A DNA stretch of 63,683 nucleotides, filler included. It is 11 parts of 11 records of this genome, joined end to end, with 100 filler letters (N's around TTAATTAATTAA, not from the genome) between each part and the next. Parts side by side here need not be neighbours in the genome. Positions count along the whole stretch, not along the records: positions 25,592 to 30,958 come from SRR31156797_148358; positions 31,059 to 36,085 come from SRR31156797_148720; positions 36,186 to 42,357 come from SRR31156797_149134; 8 more parts are not named here. One strand, given 5' to 3'. The notes beneath the pieces were generated by a model. That model did not search any database. It was given only the letters and a program-made list of their open reading frames with translations, and was not told the DNA's origin. The position numbers and the translations under genes are program-made. This document shows, one piece after another, positions 29,763 through 39,855 of this stretch (the first letter of the stretch is position 1; every line of letters begins with the position of its first letter).

Positions 29763-30722
29763 ATGAAAGCCGTACCAGTGAAAACTTTCATTATCGGCCT
29801 GGCCGTGATCGCTATGATCCTGACATTCGGATCAACCAGCGCCCGGGCTGAAGACCCGTCTTACACGTATGGTTTGTCACTCTCTACACTCAACAATCCG
29901 TTTTTTGTCACGGTAAAAGACGGCGCTGAAGCCGAGGCCAAGCTGGTCAAGGTCAACGTCATTGTCACCGACGCCCAAAACAAGCTGGACAAACAGATTT
30001 CCGACATTGAAGACCTGATTCAGAAAAAAGTGAACGCCCTTTTGATCAATCCCACGGACAGCGCGGGCGTGGCCACTGTGGTCAAAAAGGCGAATGAGGC
30101 GGGCATTCCGGTCTTTGCCATCGATCGCGGTATAGAGACAGGCACGGGGGCCAAGGTTGTGGCCCAAATCGCTTCGGATAACGTGTTCGGCGGCCGGCTG
30201 CAGGCCCGGTTCCTGGCCAAGGCCCTGGGGGGTAAAGGCGCTGTTGTTGAACTCGAAGGAATCCCCGGCGCATCAGCCGCTATTGATCGCAAGGCGGGTT
30301 TTGAAGAAGAATTGGCCAAAGTCGCACCCGGAATCAAGATCATCGCCAGCCAGGAAGCAGGCTTTGACCAGGCCAAGGGGCTTGAGGTAATGCAGAACCT
30401 GATTCAGGCCCATAGCGGCAAGATCGACGCAGTAGTCGCGGCCAACGACTCCATGGCCCTGGGCGCGGTCAAAGCCATTTTACAGTCCAAAGCCAAACGG
30501 CCGGACGGCGGGAGAATAATTGTCATCGGCTTTGACGCCATTGACCCCGCCCTGGAAGAGATTAAAAAAGGAAACATGGATGCTACTATCGCGCAGCAGC
30601 CCGGCCTGATGGGTCAGTTGGGCGTGGGCTCGGCCAGGCTCAATTCCATCAGCCCGCTCCTATTCAGCCAACTTAAGAATGGTCAGTTTTTCCCTGTCCC
30701 TGTAAAAATAATAACGAAATAA
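29763..30722 (+). CDS. rbsB: Ribose-type ABC transporter substrate-binding protein
   Basis: Signal peptide; STLNNPFFV, INPTDS, ASDN..GG, TIAQQP. Confidence 0.85.
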   Translation: MKAVPVKTFIIGLAVIAMILTFGSTSARAEDPSYTYGLSLSTLNNPFFVTVKDGAEAEAKLVKVNVIVTDAQNKLDKQISDIEDLIQKKVNALLINPTDSAGVATVVKKANEAGIPVFAIDRGIETGTGAKVVAQIASDNVFGGRLQARFLAKALGGKGAVVELEGIPGASAAIDRKAGFEEELAKVAPGIKIIASQEAGFDQAKGLEVMQNLIQAHSGKIDAVVAANDSMALGAVKAILQSKAKRPDGGRIIVIGFDAIDPALEEIKKGNMDATIAQQPGLMGQLGVGSARLNSISPLLFSQLKNGQFFPVPVKIITK

Positions 30723-30753
30723 ATGCGGGGAACACAAAGGGCATGTAATTAAG

Positions 30754-30786
30754 GGGCTGGCCGCCGGAAGGCCCAGCCCTATTTTT
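30754..30786 (+). terminator. Putative intrinsic terminator
   Basis: GGGCTGG...CCAGCCC stem followed by TATTTTT. Confidence 0.55.
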
Positions 30787-30808
30787 AAATATAAAATTTC
30801 TTTATTAT

Positions 30809-30958
30809 TCAGTATAAATCATCATCGCCAAATTCACCATCCATCATACCGCCCGCCATGGCCATGGCCTCAAATACAGCATCCTCTATTTCTTCATCTT
30901 TTGTTTCCGGTAATTCGGATAGAATTTCAATTGCCTCTTCCCGATTTACGAATACCGA
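30809..30958 (-). CDS. 3' end of an acidic hypothetical protein (truncated)
   Basis: Open frame SVFVNREEAIEILSELPETKDEEIEDAVFEAMAMAGGMMDGEFGDDDLY* from the contig edge. Confidence 0.5.
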   Translation of the reverse strand, partial: SVFVNREEAIEILSELPETKDEEIEDAVFEAMAMAGGMMDGEFGDDDLY

Positions 30959-31058
30959 NNNNNNNNNNNNNNNNNNNNNNNNNNNNNNNNNNNNNNNNNN
31001 NNTTAATTAATTAANNNNNNNNNNNNNNNNNNNNNNNNNNNNNNNNNNNNNNNNNNNN
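30959..31058. other. Artificial contig linker
   Basis: 44N-TTAATTAATTAA-44N. Confidence 0.98.
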
Positions 31059-31059
31059 G

Positions 31060-31578
31060 GGCACCAACGGCATCCAGGCCATGGATCTCCTGGGCAGAAA
31101 GCTTGGCATGAAAAAGGGCGCCGTGTTCATGAATCTTCTTGCCGAGATGAACGAAATCATTACCCGGGCAAAGGAGGTTCCCCGGGTGGCGCCCCTTGCG
31201 GATCTGCTGGAAACCAACATCAACAAGCTTGGGGAGGTCGCCCTGAACATGGGAAAAACCGCCATATCTGAACGGTTCAAGACAGGGTTTGCCCATGCAA
31301 CGCCGTTCCTGGAGGTGGTGGGGGATTCGGTGGGCGCATGGATGCTCCTGTGGCGGGCCACGATTGCGGCAAACAAGCTTGAAAAGATCGTCAAGGACAA
31401 GGATGGGGCAGCCCTCGACGAGATCTGCAGGAAGAACGCCGATGCCGCCTATTACCAGGGACAGATCCTGTCAGCCGGTTTCTTCATCGAGTCAGTGCTG
31501 CCGGTGAGCCAGGGCCGTATGGATTCCGTGCTGGCAGGCTGTTCCGCGGCTGTGGATATACCGGAGAACGCATTTTAA
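31060..31578 (+). CDS. Acyl-CoA dehydrogenase, C-terminal part (5' truncated)
   Basis: GTNGIQAMDLLGRKL; ATPFLE..G....AW.LLW; YY.G....A.FF. Confidence 0.9.
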   Translation, partial: GTNGIQAMDLLGRKLGMKKGAVFMNLLAEMNEIITRAKEVPRVAPLADLLETNINKLGEVALNMGKTAISERFKTGFAHATPFLEVVGDSVGAWMLLWRATIAANKLEKIVKDKDGAALDEICRKNADAAYYQGQILSAGFFIESVLPVSQGRMDSVLAGCSAAVDIPENAF

Positions 31579-31603
31579 ACCGTCAGACAGGAAAGGAGAG
31601 TGT

Positions 31604-33142
31604 ATGAAGAATGATGGAATCGATCTATCACGGCAGCTTGTCCTTGGGGAGGTGCTGGCAAGGTGGGCCAGGAAGCGACCTGAAAAGGAGATGCTGGCCT
31701 TCAAGGATCGTCGTTACACCTATGAGCAGGTAAACACCCGGGTAAACGCCCTTGCCAACGCGTTGTCGGACCTTGGCGTCCAACAGGGGGAAAAGATCTC
31801 GGTGCTCTTCCTCAACTGCAACGAGATTCTCGAGTGCTATTTCGCGGCTGCCAAGATCGGGGCCGTGGCCGTTCCCCTGAACTTTCGCCTGGTGGGACCG
31901 GAGTTGATCTATCAGATCCGGAACTCCGATTCCGTTGCCCTGGTGTTCGGCAGGGAGTTTGTCCCGGTGGTGGACGCCATCCGGCAGGAGATTCCCGATG
32001 TCCGCTATTTCATCTCAAACGCGGGCAAGGGCATTGACGGGGTCATGGACTACGAGGTCCTGGTTAAAAACGGCTCCCCGGAAGAACCCGGGATTTATGT
32101 CAGTGATGACGATCCCGCATTCATCATGTACACCTCCGGCACCACGGGAAAACCCAAGGGCGCCGTCATGAGCCACAAGAACATCCTCATGGACTGCTTC
32201 AACCTGCTCATGGAGTTCCGGATCACCGACCAGGACCGGTATCTCTGCGTGCCCCCCTTGTTTCATACGGCCGCCCTTGCCATGGCCGTGGCCAACACGG
32301 TTGTGGGGGCAACCATCGTGCTGGTGGATACCTTTGATATCCAGGCGATTCCCGTACTGGTGGAGCAGGAAAAAATCACCTCCACCTTCCTGGTGCCGGC
32401 CATGTGGATCTTTCTGCTCCAGTTGCCGGGGATCGAGAACCACAACACGGAAAGCCTTCGGGTCTGCATCACCGGGGCGGCCGTCATGCCCACGGATGTC
32501 AAGAAACGGATCATGGCGCTTTTTCCCAACGCCGGGGTGTATGACGTGTTCGGACAGACCGAGATGAGCCCCTGCACCACCATTCTCAAACCGGAGCATG
32601 CTCTTGAAAAGCCGGGATCGGTGGGCCTTCCCATCCTTAATGTGGAGGTGAGGATCGTGGATGCAAACAACGGGGATGTCCCGGACGGCGAGATCGGGGA
32701 GATCGTTTACAAGGGGCCCACCCTGATGAAGGCGTATTACAAGAATCCCGAAGCCACGGCAAGGGCCATGGAAGGCGGCTGGTTCCACAGCGGCGACCTG
32801 GTCAGAAGGGATAGTGACGGGTTCATTTATGTGGTGGACCGGGCCAAGGACATGATCATCACCGGCGGTGAAAATGTCTATTCTGCCGAGGTGGAAGAGG
32901 TGCTCTTCCGCCATGATAAAATACTGGAAGCAGCCGTGGTCGGGGTGCCGGACCCCGAGTGGGGCGAGCGTGTCAAGGCCGTGGTGGTGCCGGTCAATGG
33001 GGTTACCCTGACCCGGGAGGAGATCCTCGAACATTGCCGGGAGAACCTTGCGGGCTACAAAAAACCAAGAATCATCGATATGGTCGAGGCCTTGCCGAGA
33101 AATGCGGCGGGCAAAGTATTGAAATTCAAGTTGCGCGAATAA
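31604..33142 (+). CDS. Long-chain fatty acid--CoA ligase (AMP-binding)
   Basis: YTSGTTGKPKG, FGQTE, WFHSGD, DRAKDMII.GGENV, PRNAAGKVLK. Confidence 0.92.
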   Translation: MKNDGIDLSRQLVLGEVLARWARKRPEKEMLAFKDRRYTYEQVNTRVNALANALSDLGVQQGEKISVLFLNCNEILECYFAAAKIGAVAVPLNFRLVGPELIYQIRNSDSVALVFGREFVPVVDAIRQEIPDVRYFISNAGKGIDGVMDYEVLVKNGSPEEPGIYVSDDDPAFIMYTSGTTGKPKGAVMSHKNILMDCFNLLMEFRITDQDRYLCVPPLFHTAALAMAVANTVVGATIVLVDTFDIQAIPVLVEQEKITSTFLVPAMWIFLLQLPGIENHNTESLRVCITGAAVMPTDVKKRIMALFPNAGVYDVFGQTEMSPCTTILKPEHALEKPGSVGLPILNVEVRIVDANNGDVPDGEIGEIVYKGPTLMKAYYKNPEATARAMEGGWFHSGDLVRRDSDGFIYVVDRAKDMIITGGENVYSAEVEEVLFRHDKILEAAVVGVPDPEWGERVKAVVVPVNGVTLTREEILEHCRENLAGYKKPRIIDMVEALPRNAAGKVLKFKLRE

Positions 33143-33230
33143 AAGAATCCCTGGGCGGAGTAGGTTGAGCAATCTCTTTTATCGTCACCGGTTCCATTAA
33201 TCTCTGACGAAAGTAAACGGGAGAAGAATT

Positions 33231-34862
33231 ATGAAAAAGGGGTTATCTATATTTTGTCTGGTTCTCGTGGGCATGTTTCTTATGGCTGGTATCGGATCTG
33301 CAAAGGATGAGGTTCAGGACATTACCGAAGAGGTTCTTGTGGGGCCCGGAAGCGTCAGCATCGCCACCAACAAGGATATCCAGATGAGCTTCGGCGGGCT
33401 GGTACGAATCATTCCCACATCTGAAGACAACTGGGATTTCGGCATGTCCCAGGAAGTACCGTCCTTCCTGGGGGGGATGCTGAAGGATTCGTTTTTCAAT
33501 AACCACTTTAACGAATCCGGGAACGTTGCCAACTCCTATATTCGTACGGAAAGCAAACTCTATTTCAATGCCATGCCCAAGGACAGGAAATGGACCTTTT
33601 ATGCCGCACTTGAGTTTGACCGGCCCTTGGAAAACGGGACCGTTGACAACCGTGGCGGTAAAAATTTTGAAACCAGTAACTTCGGCCTCGAGCGCCTCCA
33701 CGGAACCATGGCATTTGGCGATAACCTGCGTTTCCATGCGGGATGGGATATCTGGGAGATGGATGTCTACAGGGGCGGATCTCTCCTGTATGCGGACGAC
33801 AACCCCGGGTTCTGGGTCACCGGCGGCAGCGGTGACCTTAAATTCAATGTCGGTTATTTCAAACTCATGGAGAACGATTTCCAGAACAGCGTGGCCGTGA
33901 TCGATGATGATGAAAATAATGACAGGAGCCTGTTTGCCGGTTTTGTTGACTATGATATTAATGAAGCCAATACGATCCGGTTCATGTATGCCTATGACAG
34001 GATTCGAAAGATAGGGGTCAATGATTTTCTGGGTGCTCTCACCGGCGGCCAGATGGGTATCAACGGTTCTCCTGAGCCCAAGGTGGATTCCCACCATGTG
34101 GGCGCGTATTATATCGGTAATTTCGGGGGGCTGGAACTTCTCCTAGAAGGTGTGTATCAATTTGGTGACGCCGATGATACGGGCCTTGCCCGGGATGATT
34201 TTGACATAAGCGCCTATGCCTTTACCCTGGATTTCACCTATGAATTGAAAGAGGCGGTGGGGTTCAGCTTCAAGCCCCATCTGGGCCTACTCTACACATC
34301 CGGGGATGATGACCCGGATGACGATACCCTAGGCGGATACCAGGGTGTTTCCAATCCCCAGCGGTTCTCTCCCAGATGGGGCGGGGAAAATACCATACTT
34401 GGGGACACCAACTTCACCATGGGGACGATGCTCTACAGTTTCCTGCCTGAAATCCACGGTAACGGCACCCCTGTCCTGACCGGCGGGGTGCAGAACACCG
34501 CCGGCATGGGAGGGGGCCGGGGGGATAATCCCGGACTGACCATGGTGTCCTTTGGGCTCAAGGTCACGCCCAAGCGGTATCTCATCTATAGAACCAACAT
34601 AAACTACCTGATCTGGAATGAAGACTTTGTCGTGACAAGTTTTGTGGACGGTCAGACCAGGACCAATATTGACTCGGGGTATGCCGGCACCGAGTGGGAC
34701 AATGAAATCACCCTTGCCCTGAGTAAAAGCTCGTTCATCAAAGGCCAGTTCTCCTTTTTATTTCCGGGAGATGGGGTGGAAGACGTCACAACCGCCCTGT
34801 GCGGCAGCAAGGCCGATAAGATCGCAAGCCGTCTGGCAGCCGAGTTTATCTGGAATTTCTAA
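33231..34862 (+). CDS. Outer-membrane beta-barrel/porin-like protein
   Basis: Signal peptide, amphipathic beta strands, YTSGDDD motif of alginate-export-like barrels, C-terminal ..WNF. Confidence 0.65.
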   Translation: MKKGLSIFCLVLVGMFLMAGIGSAKDEVQDITEEVLVGPGSVSIATNKDIQMSFGGLVRIIPTSEDNWDFGMSQEVPSFLGGMLKDSFFNNHFNESGNVANSYIRTESKLYFNAMPKDRKWTFYAALEFDRPLENGTVDNRGGKNFETSNFGLERLHGTMAFGDNLRFHAGWDIWEMDVYRGGSLLYADDNPGFWVTGGSGDLKFNVGYFKLMENDFQNSVAVIDDDENNDRSLFAGFVDYDINEANTIRFMYAYDRIRKIGVNDFLGALTGGQMGINGSPEPKVDSHHVGAYYIGNFGGLELLLEGVYQFGDADDTGLARDDFDISAYAFTLDFTYELKEAVGFSFKPHLGLLYTSGDDDPDDDTLGGYQGVSNPQRFSPRWGGENTILGDTNFTMGTMLYSFLPEIHGNGTPVLTGGVQNTAGMGGGRGDNPGLTMVSFGLKVTPKRYLIYRTNINYLIWNEDFVVTSFVDGQTRTNIDSGYAGTEWDNEITLALSKSSFIKGQFSFLFPGDGVEDVTTALCGSKADKIASRLAAEFIWNF

Positions 34863-34920
34863 ACATCATTACCTGTACCATGGCCTGCCCGGAAGGGGCG
34901 GCCGGGTGACGGTTTGAGTG

Positions 34921-34961
34921 GCTCTCCCGGGTCGCGGCAAGTGCCGGCGATCCGGGAGAGC
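34921..34961 (+). terminator. Long hairpin downstream of the porin gene (probable terminator)
   Basis: GCTCTCCCGGGTCGC...GCGATCCGGGAGAGC followed by ATTTGTTTT. Confidence 0.55.
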
Positions 34962-35179
34962 ATTTGTTTTCAAGAACCCATGGGGCGTTTTTTTTGTTAT
35001 CGCATTGCAGCAAAAAAGGGGCGATTTCGTGTGAAACACCGGATGCCTAAAGGAAAGGTTGACTGACCAGTAAAAACGGAAGAAAAAAAATGCATAGTGA
35101 ACAGTGTTTTGGGTTGACATTGTTTGTTCATTAGATCATCTATTAATAACAAATTTACGCACATGTAACAGGAGGATAA

Positions 35180-35584
35180 ATGAAAATATTGAAAATTGAT
35201 CACCTGGGAATTGCGGTAAAGAGCATTGAGAATGGTAAAAATTTCTGGTCAGACGTTTTGGGCATGGAATTCGCGGGAACTGAAACCGTGGAAGCCCAGA
35301 AGGTGACCACGGCTTTTCTGCCCGTTGGAGAAAGTGAAGTAGAACTCCTTGAATCCACCTCCGACGACGGGCCTGTCGCAAAGTACATCGAGAAAAAAGG
35401 CGAAGGCATCCAGCATGTTGCCTTCCGGGTGGAAAACATCGAAGAGGCCCTCGAGGAGCTCAAGGCCAAGGGGATTCGCCTCATCGACGAGACGCCGCGA
35501 AAGGGCGCCGGGGGGGCAAAGATCGCATTCCTTCATCCCAAGGCGACATCCGGCGTGCTGGTGGAGCTCTGCCAGAGGGATTAG
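35180..35584 (+). CDS. mce: Methylmalonyl-CoA epimerase
   Basis: [29 protein letters not shown]...GVLVEL; upstream of mutase. Confidence 0.93.
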   Translation: MKILKIDHLGIAVKSIENGKNFWSDVLGMEFAGTETVEAQKVTTAFLPVGESEVELLESTSDDGPVAKYIEKKGEGIQHVAFRVENIEEALEELKAKGIRLIDETPRKGAGGAKIAFLHPKATSGVLVELCQRD

Positions 35585-35686
35585 CAGAATACAATTGGTT
35601 TGATTTGTAACGTTTGTTGTCATAAGAAATTTGCCGTTAATCGAACGGATGGTGGTTTGCCATCCAGGATGAATAAGGAATTTTCA

Positions 35687-36085
35687 ATGTCACAAAGTCC
35701 TGATCTAAACGCCTGGAAAGAACTTGCAACAAAAGAACTGAGGGGAAAACCCCTGGAATCCCTGGAAAGCCAGACAACCGAAGGGATTAAGATCAACCCC
35801 CTGTACACATCCAAAGACCTGGACAAGGTCGAATTCATGGATAACCTGCCCGGCTTTGAACCCTTTGTAAGGGGACCCAAGGCCACCATGTATGCCGGAA
35901 GGCCCTGGACCATTCGCCAATATGCCGGATTCTCAACGGCCAGGGAGTCCAACGCCTTTTACCGCAAAAACCTTGCCGCCGGCCAGAAGGGGCTCTCCGT
36001 GGCCTTTGACCTGGCCACCCACCGGGGGTATGACTCAGACCACCCCAGGGTCCCGGGGGATGTGGGCAAGGCCGGAGTGGCCATT
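35687..36085 (+). CDS. scpA: Methylmalonyl-CoA mutase (3' truncated)
   Basis: [39 protein letters not shown]. Confidence 0.92.
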
Positions 36086-36185
36086 NNNNNNNNNNNNNNN
36101 NNNNNNNNNNNNNNNNNNNNNNNNNNNNNTTAATTAATTAANNNNNNNNNNNNNNNNNNNNNNNNNNNNNNNNNNNNNNNNNNNN
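36086..36185. other. Artificial contig linker
   Basis: 44N-TTAATTAATTAA-44N. Confidence 0.98.
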
Positions 36186-36203
36186 CTATACAGAGCAGGT
36201 CCG

Positions 36204-36243
36204 TCCCTATTAAGCAGTCCCTATTAAGCATCCCTATTAAGCA
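36204..36243. repeat. Three direct copies of TCCCTATTAAGCA
   Basis: Copies at 36204-36216, 36218-36230 and 36231-36243. Confidence 0.9.
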
Positions 36244-36256
36244 TGGGAAGAACTCG

Positions 36257-36553
36257 GTGGTCATGGGGCGTGAAGAGGATGACCGCACGCGTACGATCAA
36301 GATTGTCCCCCTGGAAAAAGACCAGGTCACCGTCCGACTCAAGGTTGCAGGAAACCAGGTGCGCGGCTATTACCGCCTGGCGGCCAGCGATGCCTGGACC
36401 GAGGTGGGGACCTGCACGGAGCCGAGGCCGGCCGGAGGTGAGGATAAACCTCACGTGAGTATCCAGTGCTACCAGGGAGATCCGGAGCATCCGCACTGGG
36501 CACGCATCACGAATCTTAGGATTAGTGCGATCGGGGAGACTGAAGCTCCGTAA
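36257..36553 (+). CDS. C-terminal fragment of a ConA-like/beta-sandwich (DUF1349-like) domain protein
   Basis: V.VRL.V.G.QV.GYYR...W..VG.C pattern; frame stays open to the contig edge. Confidence 0.45.
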   Translation: MVMGREEDDRTRTIKIVPLEKDQVTVRLKVAGNQVRGYYRLAASDAWTEVGTCTEPRPAGGEDKPHVSIQCYQGDPEHPHWARITNLRISAIGETEAP

Positions 36554-36606
36554 GGTGTACACCTGCACACCGTGCCGTCTGGATGGCGTTGGAGCACCCG
36601 TGTCTT

Positions 36607-39600
36607 CTATTTGGCACCGGGGGTGCCAAACAAACTTACGGCCAGCCAGTTCTCGCCTCGATTGTTGTCGCTGGAGACGTCCATCAGTTCGATGGTGTAT
36701 CCGGTTCCTTGGGCCGTGTCGGGCCAGGGCGCGGTCGAGGTGTAGTCGACCTGGTCGATGACGTTGCCGTCGGTGTCCAGGAGACGAAGGGATTCCCCTC
36801 CACTACTGAGTCCGAACGCAAAACCTCCCAGCAGGTTGCGGACGCGAGGATGGACGGTCTTGAACTTGATGCGGTCTCGACACAAGACGAGATAGCTCTC
36901 GGGCCACAGGACGGTGCCCGAAGCGAATGCATACACCTGTCCCGCTCCGGCGCTGAACTGCCAACCCGTCAGGTCGACGGCGGTATCGGTACGATTGACC
37001 AGTTCGATCCAGTCGTCACTGTCGGCCTCGGGGGCGGAGTTGTAGTTGATCTCCGTGATGACGACCGGATCTGCGCTGGGCGTGGTATCCGCCTCCAGAA
37101 AGGCGGCGAGCTGAATGTCGCCCGCAAGGGTGATTTCGATTTCAGGGCTGTCGATTCGATCCGTCTGGACCGCGGCAGCGGTCTTGCCTGTGAAGGAGCA
37201 GTCGAAGCTGATGTCGGAACTGCCGGCGCTGGCCTGATGGATCTCTACGGCCAGGGTATTGAGGCCAAGCCGCAAATGCGTGGGAGAGACCTGGAACTCG
37301 GCAAAGCCATTTTCATTGCCGATCGTCTGAAGTGCCAGGGTCGCAAAAGTGATGCGTCCCGAGGGCATGTTGACACGTGCGATTTCCTGGCCATTGAGAT
37401 AGGCGACGGCCCCGTCATCGACCAGCAGAGAGAGCGACACCGAATTGAAATCGGCGACCTCGGCCAGCTCGAAAGAGTGGCGGAAATAGGTGGTGATATG
37501 CTTGTCGCTCGCATCCGGGCCGTAGCCGACTACCGTCGCTTCGTCCCGATCGCCATAGCCGAGTTCGGCTGGTCCGGAGGGCCATGTCGTGTCGTCGTAG
37601 TCTGTCTGCTGCCATTCGGCGTCAAGAATTATTCCCGTGTCCGAGTATTTCCAAACGGCTCCCGTCGATACCATGCGCACCGACGAGACCACCGTGGCTT
37701 GGGCGTCCCAATGCGAGAAGGAGTATCCCAGTCTGGGTGTCGCGGTCGCGACGATGGGAATATCATTGAAGTAGATCCCCTGGAATCCGTCGGCCAGTCG
37801 CTTGCCATTGATTTGCAGCACGGCCGAATCCGGGACCTGTAGATCGAGAGTGATCAGCGACGTCCCGCTCAAGCCAAAGTGGTTGAGAAAGTGGCGTGTG
37901 GTCGGGGCGGGCCGTTCCACGGCGAAGAGCCGCATCCGGTCGACATTCTGTTCCCAACGCGCTACGGAGTTGAAGGTGGGACTCTGCCAGGTCTCCAGGG
38001 CGTCGGGATCTTTCTGCCCTCCCCAGCGCGTGATGTGGCGCGGAATCTCGGGGGCCAGGGCCGCCTGCAACTGATCGATGAGCCCCAGCACGCGCTGGGG
38101 ACCGAAGGTCGTATTCATGTGATAGGCGTAACGCTGGACGAACTCATTGCGAAAGCCGTCGTTCTCCAGCAGGTTTCGAAACAGGCGGGTGGACCATTCG
38201 GGATTGGGCCAACCCGACCCCAGCGTGGTCGTCGTCTTGTCGATCATGTCCTCACCGATCCAACCGGTGGTGAAGCATTGGTCCATGTCGTAGTTGATCC
38301 AGCGCCAGCGCGCCAGAGGCCCTGAGCTCGCCCGCCAGAACTTGATATTGTTGCCGGGCCAGTCGCGCTCGGCCAGGTAGATGTGGCCGATCTGGTAATC
38401 GATGTACTGGTCGATATCCACCTGAGCCCCGACGACCTCATAGTGCTCCGGATCGGCCAGGTCATGAGTGTTGGCATAGTCCACCAGCGCCGCGTAGCCG
38501 GCATTGGTCCCGCTGACAACGCTACCACTGCGTTCCAGCAGATTCACGTCATCGGCCTCGATGCCGAAATTTCCGGCGACGTAGTGCTCATTGATCTTCT
38601 CGCGAATATTGTGGATGCCCCAGTATTGACCGTTGAGGAAGAGGACGGCCGGACGGTAGGCTTGATAGTCCACGTCCATGTGTTCGACCAGCACCGTTTG
38701 TGACAGGGCATCACGGAACAGGGTGTGGACCTGGTCGTCGGCCGAACTCCTCAGGATGAAGGATTCGAAACGGTCGATGTCTTTGTCGGGAAAGAGTTGA
38801 TGGCGAAACGACCCCTTGCCATACACCTGGCGTGCGAACAGGGCCAACGATTTCTGCGGAAAGCGGTGACGCGAGCAGCCCCCGAAGATCGTCACGCCCG
38901 CACGTTGGTTCAAGCCCGGCTCCCCGTCCATTTCATACAGTTCAATATTGACAGGCCGCTCCCAATCCTGTTTCAGATTGCGGATGGCGCTGTCACAGTA
39001 GCCACCGGTGCCGTTCGTACCGGTCACGTAGATCCCGCGTTCGTCACTGAAGAAGTTGTCGGGATCCGTGACAATCGAGATGAAGGGAAGGTTGATCGGT
39101 TCATCGAGAAAAAAGGTCTGCGTCACAACGTCACTGGGTGCGAAGCCGTGCGTGTAGCCGATGGCGCGGACCGCGGTGGTGGCATCGAGAGCGATCGGCG
39201 CCTGGTAGGGGATGGCACTGTCGTCCGGGGGCGTGCCGTCGAGGGAGTAGTAGACGTCGATCTGGTCGGCATTCAGGAACGAGAGCACCTGACTGCCCTG
39301 GTAGAATCCTCCGGTGATCGAGAAGAGCGGTGGCGGCGTCACCGGCACGCCGTCGCGCGGGTCATTGACGGTTCCCGGGCTGGCCGGACTGAGGAAGCTC
39401 CACTGCGTCGTATCGCTCGCCAGGCGCCCGTACGACATGTCGTCTTGCTGTGCACCGAAGCTCAGCGTATCGACAGCAGCACCATCCGGCGCATACAGGC
39501 CCAGTTGCTCACCTCCTTTGTTTAGTCTGAAACTCAGGTGAAGTCCCGTATCGCGCCCGTCGGCCCACAAGAGCAGGAAGCCCGCTCCGGGAATCCGGGT

Positions 39601-39855
39601 TCCGTCGGGGATCCGCCACTTCAGCGGCTCATCCAGGTTATCCGTCAGGTAGTAGCCGCCCAGGTCCACGCCCTCAGGGGCCGGGTTGTAGAGTTCGATC
39701 CAGTCGGAGAATTCCTGGAATTCGGGGTCCTCGTTCACCGTTTGGTTGGAGGCGAGAAACTCATTGATCAGGATCTCGGGCGATTGACCGCGCGTCGTCG
39801 CATGAAGAACGAGAAGAACAAACAGGCTTAAAACGAATCGTGCATAGGTATTCAA
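36607..39855 (-). CDS. Secreted CotH-kinase family protein with N- and C-terminal lamin-tail domains
   Basis: INEFLASN/DWIELYN and ITEINYN/DWIELVN lamin-tail motifs; CotH YWGIHNIREK, DWPGNN, W.WI.YD.D; TTG start after GAAGGAG. Confidence 0.85.
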   Translation of the reverse strand: MNTYARFVLSLFVLLVLHATTRGQSPEILINEFLASNQTVNEDPEFQEFSDWIELYNPAPEGVDLGGYYLTDNLDEPLKWRIPDGTRIPGAGFLLLWADGRDTGLHLSFRLNKGGEQLGLYAPDGAAVDTLSFGAQQDDMSYGRLASDTTQWSFLSPASPGTVNDPRDGVPVTPPPLFSITGGFYQGSQVLSFLNADQIDVYYSLDGTPPDDSAIPYQAPIALDATTAVRAIGYTHGFAPSDVVTQTFFLDEPINLPFISIVTDPDNFFSDERGIYVTGTNGTGGYCDSAIRNLKQDWERPVNIELYEMDGEPGLNQRAGVTIFGGCSRHRFPQKSLALFARQVYGKGSFRHQLFPDKDIDRFESFILRSSADDQVHTLFRDALSQTVLVEHMDVDYQAYRPAVLFLNGQYWGIHNIREKINEHYVAGNFGIEADDVNLLERSGSVVSGTNAGYAALVDYANTHDLADPEHYEVVGAQVDIDQYIDYQIGHIYLAERDWPGNNIKFWRASSGPLARWRWINYDMDQCFTTGWIGEDMIDKTTTTLGSGWPNPEWSTRLFRNLLENDGFRNEFVQRYAYHMNTTFGPQRVLGLIDQLQAALAPEIPRHITRWGGQKDPDALETWQSPTFNSVARWEQNVDRMRLFAVERPAPTTRHFLNHFGLSGTSLITLDLQVPDSAVLQINGKRLADGFQGIYFNDIPIVATATPRLGYSFSHWDAQATVVSSVRMVSTGAVWKYSDTGIILDAEWQQTDYDDTTWPSGPAELGYGDRDEATVVGYGPDASDKHITTYFRHSFELAEVADFNSVSLSLLVDDGAVAYLNGQEIARVNMPSGRITFATLALQTIGNENGFAEFQVSPTHLRLGLNTLAVEIHQASAGSSDISFDCSFTGKTAAAVQTDRIDSPEIEITLAGDIQLAAFLEADTTPSADPVVITEINYNSAPEADSDDWIELVNRTDTAVDLTGWQFSAGAGQVYAFASGTVLWPESYLVLCRDRIKFKTVHPRVRNLLGGFAFGLSSGGESLRLLDTDGNVIDQVDYTSTAPWPDTAQGTGYTIELMDVSSDNNRGENWLAVSLFGTPGAK

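Noticed and set aside
34863-35179. Cobalamin riboswitch upstream of mce and the B12-dependent mutase
   Set aside because: Hairpins are present but I could not find the conserved B12-box or core motifs; an Rfam scan would settle it.
36204-36243. Possible CRISPR array
   Set aside because: The 13-nt units are adjacent with no spacers, and no cas genes are present.
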